Shown here: positions 43,217 through 49,762 of the stretch, in pieces
How positions within the stretch are numbered: position 1 is the first letter of the stretch
How the letters are laid out: each line of letters begins with the position of its first letter
Source: Vampirovibrionales bacterium
Lineage (GTDB): Bacteria > Cyanobacteriota > Vampirovibrionia > Vampirovibrionales > JAJTHC01
Length of the DNA: 49,762 nucleotides
Assembly (NCBI GenBank): GCA_044371965.1
Contig: JBILSS010000001.1
Coordinates: 1 to 49,762 of the forward strand
Reading direction: 5' to 3'
Notes under the pieces: model-generated
The model's database searches: none
What the model was told of the DNA's origin: nothing
The model's input: only the letters and a program-made list of their open reading frames with translations
Position numbers and translations under genes: made by a program

Positions 43217-43245
43217 TTACATTTATCCCTTATTTGTGTGATAAT
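43217..43245 (+). promoter_or_regulatory. Candidate valS promoter: TTACAT, 17 nt, TGt GATAAT
   Basis: Motif match about 65 nt upstream of ATG 43311. Confidence 0.4.
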
Positions 43246-43310
43246 AGACGAAATACAAATGTACGAGCTTACAGAAAAAGCCCTGAAAAATTATGTAGAG
43301 AGACTCCCCC

Positions 43311-46052
43311 ATGCCTCATCCAAACTCATTTCCCCAAGATGCCTTGCCGACTGCGTATCAACCCCACACCATTGAATCCACCTGCTATGCGTTTTGGTTG
43401 GAGCAGAACCTCTTTGAACCTGATGTCGCCCTAAACGCTTGGTTTGACGCCCAAGGGCAGTCTACACCTGAAGACAAATCGAGTATTCCTCACTTTAGTA
43501 TGGTTATTCCGCCCCCGAATGTCACAGGCAACCTGCACATGGGTCACGCGTTGGACAACACCATTCAAGATGTGTTTACCCGTTGGCATCGTATGCTAGG
43601 ACACCGCACCTTGTGGATGCCAGGGATGGATCACGCAGGCATTGCCACACAATCGATTGTGGAGCGTCGTTTGAAGGCTGGTGACGTCGAAGGCTTTCCC
43701 AAAGGCACCTTGCGACATGACTTGAGTCGTGAAGACTTTATTGAAAAGGTGTGGGACTGGGCAAATGCTTGCCAAGTCAATATCAAAACGCAGTTTCAAC
43801 GCTTGGGGATTTCACCCGATTGGTCACGGTCTCGCTTCACGCTGGATGAAGGCTTGAGTGATGCCGTCCGCAAAACCTTTGTGGACTTATATAAGGACGG
43901 CTTGATCTATCGAGGCGAACGCATCGTGAATTGGGATCCTGCCACGCAATCGGCAATTTCGGATATTGAAACCGATTACACCGATGAAGAAGGCTACTTG
44001 TGGCATATTGCTTACCCACTCACGCACGGTGGCGGTGAACTGATTGTGGCAACCACTCGCCCTGAAACGCTCTTTGGAGACGTGGCGGTTGCCGTGAATC
44101 CGAAAGATGAACGTTACGCAAAATACATCGGGCAGACCGTTTTATTGCCTCTTACAGGACGCAAGATCCCTGTGATTGGGGACGATTATGTGGAAATTGA
44201 GTTTGGTACAGGGGCGTTAAAAATCACGCCAGCCCACGATCCCAATGACTTTGAAGTCGGCTCTCGTCATCAGTTGACGCCTTTGCGTATTTTTAATGAC
44301 AAAGCCGAATTGCTTCCGCTGGACTTCATCCCGCAAGCCTTGCACGGCTTGGATCGCTGGAAGGTGCGTGAACAAGTCGAACATCTGCTTGAAGGGCAAG
44401 GCTACCTACGAGCCAAAAATCCGCATGCCCACCGTGTCGGACGCGCCCAACGTAGTGGCGAAGTCATCGAACCGCTTTTGTCGAAGCAATGGTTTGTCAA
44501 CACCAAGCCCCTTGCTCAAGCCTGTTTAGACGCTTATGAGAAGGGCGAACTGCATTATGTGCCTGAACGCTGGGGCAAGGAATACTTGCGGTGGATGAAC
44601 AACATCAATGACTGGTGTATTTCTCGTCAATTGTTATGGGGACATCGCATCCCTGCGTGGCACCACAATACGAGCGGTGAAATCTACGTCGGTGAAACGG
44701 CTCCTGTGGATGCTGAAAACTGGAGCCAAGATCCCGATGTGCTGGATACGTGGTTTTCGTCAGGCTTATGGCCCTTTAGCACCATGGGCTGGCCCGATGA
44801 AAATGCTCAAGATTTTAAGGATTTTTATCCTACGTCGATGTTGGTGACAGGCTTTGATATTATCTTCTTTTGGGTGGCTCGCATGACGATGTTTGGACAT
44901 CAAATGACGGGGAAATCGCCGTTTGAAACCGTGTATATTCACGGCTTAATTCGAGACGAAAAAGGGCAGAAAATGTCCAAATCCAAAGGTAATACGATTG
45001 ATCCTGTTGTGGTGATTGACGAAAATGGTTGCGACGGTTTTCGCTTTGCCCTCATTAACCTCATCACCTACGGCGGTCAAGATATTAAGCTTTCGAAAGA
45101 CAAGCTTGAGCAAGGCAAACTCTTTAGCAATAAATTGTGGAATGCGTCTCGTTTTGTGCTGATGCATTTGGAATCGGGCGAAATCGCTAGCGAACTCGAC
45201 ACCGCCTTGCTTAGCGACATGGATCGTTGGATTTTGGGGCGTTATGAGTTTGTCGTGCGTGAAGCCAACCGTATGCTAAGTGAGCATCGCTTAGGCGAAT
45301 ACGCCCAACTCATGCTTGATTTTGTGTGGTACCAGTTCTGCGATTGGTACATTGAATACGCTAAAGCCCCCATGAAAAGTGAAGATGAAGCCCTTAAAGC
45401 GAACACTCGCTTGATTTTGCACCAGTTGTTGGAAGGTATTTTGAAGCTCTTGCATCCCATTATGCCGTATATCACGGAAGCTTTGTGGCAACGCTTGCCC
45501 TTGAAAAAAGGCATCAGTATTAGTGTTTCGGCGTTTCCGCAACAGGCAAACCTCTATTACCACAATAGCAATCTCAATGAAGAAGTGAGCTTTTTGCTCG
45601 GGGTGGTGCGTGCGTTGAGGCAGATCCGCCAGCAGTACAATGTGCCTCCTTCTAAGCCGGTCGATGCCTTGTTTGAAGCGTCTGAAGGACAGGATTACCG
45701 TGTGCTTCAACGCACGCAAGAGACTTTGCGTCACTTTGTGGCGTTGGGGAAACTTACCATTGAACGCCAGATCACGCAAAAGCCTGAACAAGTCGCCACA
45801 GGTGTGGTGGGGCATTGTAAGATTATGGTGCCGTTGGCGGGCTTGATTGATGTGGAACAAGAAGTGGCTCGCTTAAAGAAGCAAGAAGCGACCTTAAGCA
45901 AGGAGCAACAAAAGCTCTTGGGGATGCTGAACAATCCGCAGTTTTTGGCTCGTGCCAGTGAAGAGGTGGTGTCGAAAAACAAGCATTTGCTGGATGAAGT
46001 TAATCAACAGCTCCGCCTGCTGGAAGAGCAGTTGCAAGGTCTCTTGGCTTAA
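43311..46052 (+). CDS. valS: Valine--tRNA ligase
   Basis: 913-aa ORF. PPPNVTGNLHMGHAL (HIGH), KMSKSKGN (KMSKS), editing domain, and a C-terminal coiled coil. Confidence 0.95.
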   Translation: MPHPNSFPQDALPTAYQPHTIESTCYAFWLEQNLFEPDVALNAWFDAQGQSTPEDKSSIPHFSMVIPPPNVTGNLHMGHALDNTIQDVFTRWHRMLGHRTLWMPGMDHAGIATQSIVERRLKAGDVEGFPKGTLRHDLSREDFIEKVWDWANACQVNIKTQFQRLGISPDWSRSRFTLDEGLSDAVRKTFVDLYKDGLIYRGERIVNWDPATQSAISDIETDYTDEEGYLWHIAYPLTHGGGELIVATTRPETLFGDVAVAVNPKDERYAKYIGQTVLLPLTGRKIPVIGDDYVEIEFGTGALKITPAHDPNDFEVGSRHQLTPLRIFNDKAELLPLDFIPQALHGLDRWKVREQVEHLLEGQGYLRAKNPHAHRVGRAQRSGEVIEPLLSKQWFVNTKPLAQACLDAYEKGELHYVPERWGKEYLRWMNNINDWCISRQLLWGHRIPAWHHNTSGEIYVGETAPVDAENWSQDPDVLDTWFSSGLWPFSTMGWPDENAQDFKDFYPTSMLVTGFDIIFFWVARMTMFGHQMTGKSPFETVYIHGLIRDEKGQKMSKSKGNTIDPVVVIDENGCDGFRFALINLITYGGQDIKLSKDKLEQGKLFSNKLWNASRFVLMHLESGEIASELDTALLSDMDRWILGRYEFVVREANRMLSEHRLGEYAQLMLDFVWYQFCDWYIEYAKAPMKSEDEALKANTRLILHQLLEGILKLLHPIMPYITEALWQRLPLKKGISISVSAFPQQANLYYHNSNLNEEVSFLLGVVRALRQIRQQYNVPPSKPVDALFEASEGQDYRVLQRTQETLRHFVALGKLTIERQITQKPEQVATGVVGHCKIMVPLAGLIDVEQEVARLKKQEATLSKEQQKLLGMLNNPQFLARASEEVVSKNKHLLDEVNQQLRLLEEQLQGLLA

Positions 46053-46061
46053 CTGTTTATA

Positions 46062-46084
46062 TAGCTAATACCAATTAAACACTA
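46062..46084. mobile_element. 23-bp mini-element of the TAGTGTT...ACTA family, flanked by TA/TA
   Basis: ta|TAGCTAATACCAATTAAACACTA|ta. TAATACCA(A/T)TTAAAC(A/G)CTA is shared with 12004..12030. It lies between convergent valS and rnhC. Confidence 0.5.
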
Positions 46085-46092
46085 TATCACGT

Positions 46093-47031
46093 TTACTGCG
46101 TAACCTCGATCGTTGTTTTGAAGTGGAGCTTGACGACCTTTCGCAAGCCTTCGTAGCCTTCGGCTCTGAAGACTCGCTTGCCCATGGCAACGACTTTCGC
46201 ACTCGCCCCCAACGGCAAATCATAGCCTGATTGCTCCCTCAACTGTGCCATGCTCTGCAAAAACTTGTAACGAGCCACCACAGAAGCTGCCGCCACTGCA
46301 GGATGCGACAACTCCGCCTTCGTCGATTGCGACACTTTCACGTGTGGGGCGACTTCCTTCAAGGCATCCAGCAGGTGCGGGCCTTGCGTAAATTGATCCA
46401 CCATTAAGCAAGGGGCGTCGATGAGCGTCCCTTGTTTTTGCATTAAGCCTGCCACGGTTTTGGCGTGCATCATTGCAAGCAAATGATTCAAGTGCTTGCC
46501 TTGAGCTTTTAAGGCATCGTATTGACGGTTATAGCCTTCAGGCATCAAGACCAAAAACGCCACCTGCTCAATGCCTAAGGCTTCTACGAGCTGAGGAGCG
46601 ACTTCTTTAATTTTCATGTCCGTCATGGCTTTGGAATCGGTGATACCGAGCCGTTTTAAAATCGGTAATTGGCTTTCTTTCACCTGAACACAGGCGGTGA
46701 CGAGAGGTCCGAAATAATCGCCTTTACCGCTTTCATCCGCCCCATAAGGGAAATACGCCGTATGTGCTAAAGACGCTTCAATCGTCGACTTCAAACCCAA
46801 GACGCCCAAGGCATCCACGAGGCAGGCATCGCTTTGCGTTTGAAGGGTATACGTCCCATTTCGATACTGTTTGACCAGTATCTTTTCTTTGCTCGTGGGA
46901 TGCACGCCATCCAGGCGGTAGGAGCAATTCTGTTCCGTCTTAAATTGAGGGGAAGACACCCACGCCGAAAGACGTTCTTTGCGTTGAGCTTGAACGCTTG
47001 GCGTGAGCTTTAAATCTTTGTGAACCGCCAT
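46093..47031 (-). CDS. rnhC: Ribonuclease HIII
   Basis: 312-aa ORF. An ~85-aa N-terminal extension, then GADESGKGDYFGPLV, which is the RNase HIII rather than HII form of the motif. Confidence 0.8.
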   Translation of the reverse strand: MAVHKDLKLTPSVQAQRKERLSAWVSSPQFKTEQNCSYRLDGVHPTSKEKILVKQYRNGTYTLQTQSDACLVDALGVLGLKSTIEASLAHTAYFPYGADESGKGDYFGPLVTACVQVKESQLPILKRLGITDSKAMTDMKIKEVAPQLVEALGIEQVAFLVLMPEGYNRQYDALKAQGKHLNHLLAMMHAKTVAGLMQKQGTLIDAPCLMVDQFTQGPHLLDALKEVAPHVKVSQSTKAELSHPAVAAASVVARYKFLQSMAQLREQSGYDLPLGASAKVVAMGKRVFRAEGYEGLRKVVKLHFKTTIEVTQ

Positions 47032-47043
47032 GAATCAAACTTT

Positions 47044-49002
47044 CTAGGCTCGCTTTAAAAATGTGACGCCTAAAGGAGGCAAGGTCAAATCGAGGCTTTG
47101 GGCATGCCCGTGGAAGCCTACGTCTTGCGTCCAAACGTCGCCTGCGTTTAACTGTCCTGAACCGCCGTACGTTTCATTGTCGGTGTTCAACAGTTCCACG
47201 TACTGACCTGCATACGGCACACCCACACGATAGTTATACTGCGTGGTTGGCGTAAAATTACAGACCACCACGACATCATCGGCTTCAAAATGCCCACGAC
47301 GCATAAACGCCATCACACTATTTTCGTTGTCTTGGCAATCAATCATGTAAAAGCCTTCGGCATTGGTGTCTTGCTGATGCAAGGCGGGTTCGTTACGATA
47401 CAAGGCGTTTAGATCCCGAATGAGATGCTGAATCCCTGCATGGCTTTCCCACTGCGTCAAATGCCAATCGACACTTTCTTGGGAGTTCCACTCGTTCCAC
47501 TGCCCGATGTCGCATCCCATAAACAGGAGCTTCTTCCCAGGTTGAGCCCACTGGTAAGCGTACAACGCACGAGCGTTGGCGAATTGTTGCCACATATCCC
47601 CTGGCATTTTGGACAAAATCGCTTGTTTGCCGTGTACCACTTCATCATGGCTGAGGGGCAAGCAGAAGTTTTCGCTAAACATGTACAAACCACGGAAGGT
47701 AATGCCGTTTTGATGATACTTACGGTGAATCGGGTCTTTACTAAAGTATTCAAGGGTGTCGTGCATCCAGCCCATGTCCCACTTATAGTCAAAGCCTAAA
47801 CCGCCTTCGCTAGTGGGTTTGGTGACACCGCCCCAGCTGGTGGATTCTTCGGCGAACATCAAGACATCGGGGAAGCAATGATGCACGGCATCATTTAAAT
47901 CACGCAAGAAATAGATAGCATCTAGGTTTTCACGACCGCCGTAAATGTTGGGTTCCCACTCGCCGTCTTCTCGAGAATAATCCAAGTACAGCATGGAAGC
48001 CACGGCATCGACACGCAACCCATCGATGTGGTATTTGTCGAGCCAAAAGAGGGCATTTGAAATCAAGAAATTACGCACTTCCCAGCGTCCGTAATTGAAA
48101 ATGTCGGTACCCCAATCTTTATGCTCACGTTTGCGGGCATCGCTATGTTCGTACAAATGCGTACCGTCAAAAAAGTCTAAGCCGTGCAAGTCTTTGGGGA
48201 AGTGAGCAGGCACCCAATCGACTAAAACGCCAATGCCGTTTTGGTGAAATTTATCCACCAAGTATTTAAACTCATCGGGATTGCCAAAACGACTGGTGGG
48301 GGCGAAATAGCCCACGGTTTGGTAGCCCCATGACAAATCATAAGGATGTTCCGCAATCGGCATCAATTCCACATGGGTGTAATTCATGGAACGCACGTAT
48401 TCAACGAGTTTGTCTGCCATTTCCACATAAGTGAGCCAGCGGTTGTTTTCTTCGGGGATTTTCATCCAAGAACCGAGGTGGCATTCATAAATCGACACAG
48501 GGCTTTCGGTGGACGGTTTCGCTCCACGATAGCTCATCCATTCCTTGTCATTCCACTGATAGGCGTCGACATCCCACACTTTGGAACCTGTACAAGGGCG
48601 TTCTTCGGCATAGAATCCCATAGGGTCTGCTTTTTCGACTTCGTAAAAGGTTGCGGAAGACTGCATGTAGTATTTATAGGTTTCACCTGCTTTGAGATGA
48701 GGTACAAAGCCCACCCAGTAGCCTGATTCTTTAAAATTGTGCATAAAATGCGATTGCGTGTTCCAGCCATTAAAATCGCCGATAATAGCGACGCTTTGGG
48801 CATTGGGGGCCCAAACGCAGAAATGCACGCCTTGGGTACCGTTGGCATCTTGAGACAAATGTGCGCCTAGTTTCGTGTACATTTGAAGGTGTTTGCCTTC
48901 ACGCAAGAGGTAAAGGTCATATTCGGTGATAAAATCAGTGACGATGGTTTCTTGAGCAACCATGACAGGCTCCTTTTTGTCCAAAATAGATGAAGTTTGC
49001 AT
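47044..49002 (-). CDS. glgB: 1,4-alpha-glucan branching enzyme
   Basis: 652-aa ORF. GH13 motifs [35 protein letters not shown]. The start may be the ATG at 48966 (MVAQETIV). Confidence 0.92.
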   Translation of the reverse strand: MQTSSILDKKEPVMVAQETIVTDFITEYDLYLLREGKHLQMYTKLGAHLSQDANGTQGVHFCVWAPNAQSVAIIGDFNGWNTQSHFMHNFKESGYWVGFVPHLKAGETYKYYMQSSATFYEVEKADPMGFYAEERPCTGSKVWDVDAYQWNDKEWMSYRGAKPSTESPVSIYECHLGSWMKIPEENNRWLTYVEMADKLVEYVRSMNYTHVELMPIAEHPYDLSWGYQTVGYFAPTSRFGNPDEFKYLVDKFHQNGIGVLVDWVPAHFPKDLHGLDFFDGTHLYEHSDARKREHKDWGTDIFNYGRWEVRNFLISNALFWLDKYHIDGLRVDAVASMLYLDYSREDGEWEPNIYGGRENLDAIYFLRDLNDAVHHCFPDVLMFAEESTSWGGVTKPTSEGGLGFDYKWDMGWMHDTLEYFSKDPIHRKYHQNGITFRGLYMFSENFCLPLSHDEVVHGKQAILSKMPGDMWQQFANARALYAYQWAQPGKKLLFMGCDIGQWNEWNSQESVDWHLTQWESHAGIQHLIRDLNALYRNEPALHQQDTNAEGFYMIDCQDNENSVMAFMRRGHFEADDVVVVCNFTPTTQYNYRVGVPYAGQYVELLNTDNETYGGSGQLNAGDVWTQDVGFHGHAQSLDLTLPPLGVTFLKRA

Positions 49003-49138
49003 AAAGATAGATCCTTGCTAGACATAATGCGATTAACAGACTTATGCAAGTCTACCTTACTTTTCATTAGTGTATCATAGCTTGGACGGAAAAACACCTT
49101 CTTTGTAGGATATTTTCGATATGGATTTCACATAGCTT

Positions 49139-49170
49139 AAAGGGAAGGTTTAAACCTTCCCTTTTCGTTT
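49139..49170. terminator. Perfect palindromic hairpin with flanking A/T runs (bidirectional terminator candidate)
   Basis: AAAGGGAAGGTT-TA-AACCTTCCCTTTTCGTTTATT, about 20 nt downstream of the stop of the 49190.. gene. Confidence 0.6.
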
Positions 49171-49189
49171 ATTAAGCTCAATAATAGGC

Positions 49190-49762
49190 TTAGGAAAACC
49201 AGCCTCCTGGAGGACGTCCACTTGGAGGGGAAACTGCTTTTTCGGGTTTAGGGCGTAAAGCTTCTGTTAACCGATCACTCCAAGCTTTAGCGTCTTTTAA
49301 AGTTTGGACAATTGTTAAAATGGATTTAGGGTTTCCATTCAAAGGTTCTTCCTTAAGAAGGGGAAATGGGTTCTGACTAAGATCTAGTTCAGGGGCAGTC
49401 GAACGCAGTATAGCATTTAAGCGAATATCTGGGGGGGCTACACTAGGGTCGCTAATTAATGGAAAATCTGGATGTAGAATAAAAAAAGCAGCTCTATTGT
49501 CTGCTGGATTATACTCCAAGAAACCTGTTAAATCTGAACCTGGGTCAGTTTTTATAAGATTCTCCCAAGCGTCTAGTACAGGTCGTCCAAGACGTTCAAC
49601 GAATGCTTTCTTTTCTCGCACAGAAGCGTTTGGTGGGGCATTTTTTGCAATAGCATCTCCTAAATTTTGGACGAACTGGGAAAATTTTTCCTCTGATTTT
49701 GTGCCATTTGTAAGTCCTTTGAGACCACCTTGACGCTGCAAGGCTTTGTTTTCTTTAGCGGC
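49190..49762 (-). CDS. Hypothetical protein, 3' part (reading frame stays open to the right edge)
   Basis: The track start at 49741 is a TTG. The frame continues upstream (..AAKENKALQRQGG..) to the window end. No motif recognised. The C-terminus is Pro/Gly-rich (SPPSGRPPGGWFS). Confidence 0.5.
   Translation of the reverse strand, partial: AAKENKALQRQGGLKGLTNGTKSEEKFSQFVQNLGDAIAKNAPPNASVREKKAFVERLGRPVLDAWENLIKTDPGSDLTGFLEYNPADNRAAFFILHPDFPLISDPSVAPPDIRLNAILRSTAPELDLSQNPFPLLKEEPLNGNPKSILTIVQTLKDAKAWSDRLTEALRPKPEKAVSPPSGRPPGGWFS

Noticed and set aside
43000-43310. T-box leader upstream of valS.
   Set aside because: No T-box sequence (AAnnnGGGUGGUACCGCG-like) or specifier-loop architecture is seen.
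1-49762. Search by eye for rRNA, tRNA, tmRNA, RNase P, SRP RNA, CRISPR arrays, integrases, transposases, reverse transcriptases and prophage structural genes.
   Set aside because: None recognised. There are no GGTTCGAATCC-type T-arms, no 28-37 bp repeat/spacer arrays and no recombinase-like ORFs. A tRNAscan/Infernal run would be needed to exclude small RNAs formally.

Overview
This is a chromosomal window with about 40 protein genes, most of them housekeeping. The RNA polymerase beta' gene is split into rpoC1 (591 aa) and rpoC2 (1322 aa) at the position typical of cyanobacteria. rplJ-rplL-rpoB-rpoC1-rpoC2 are contiguous and no photosynthesis gene is visible. My inference, not a proof, is a cyanobacterial-lineage organism, possibly a non-photosynthetic Vampirovibrionia/Melainabacteria-like one. 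Recognisable genes are an oppC-like permease (partial), murT, ruvX, guaA, an AIM24-family gene, a PgpH-like HD phosphodiesterase convergent with cdaA, a sigma factor, waaA, queG, proC, purH, an MlaD/MCE protein, holA, an RlpA-like protein, PilMN/PilO-like genes, a formyltransferase-like gene, a 5'-nucleotidase, a LysM protein, valS, rnhC and glgB.

Several accessory or unexplained elements sit on this backbone:
1. Three copies (one solo, two in tandem) of a ~245-bp module. Its edges are two convergent promoters. It encodes a 19-20 aa hydrophobic peptide behind a 12-13 nt Shine-Dalgarno on the minus strand, and a fully overlapping antisense RNA on the plus strand. I read it as a candidate, apparently undescribed, Ibs/Sib-like type I toxin-antitoxin family.
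2. An AT-rich two-gene island (ABC/SMC-like ATPase plus a small protein with a PD-(D/E)xK-like motif) wedged between guaA and ruvX and overlapping the ruvX start. It is a candidate defence pair.
3. An AT-rich RhuM-family gene abutting murT.
4. A ribbon-helix-helix-like gene followed by seven to eight exactly phased 22-bp iterons.
5. A TA-duplicating 146-bp MITE family with mini and solo derivatives. It splits dinD and donates stop codons to two genes.
6. A GTCAT(C/T)(C/T)TG(A/C)G-type long hairpin repeat family.

I saw no rRNA, tRNA or CRISPR array. All composition statements (AT-rich, GC-rich) are by eye, not computed.
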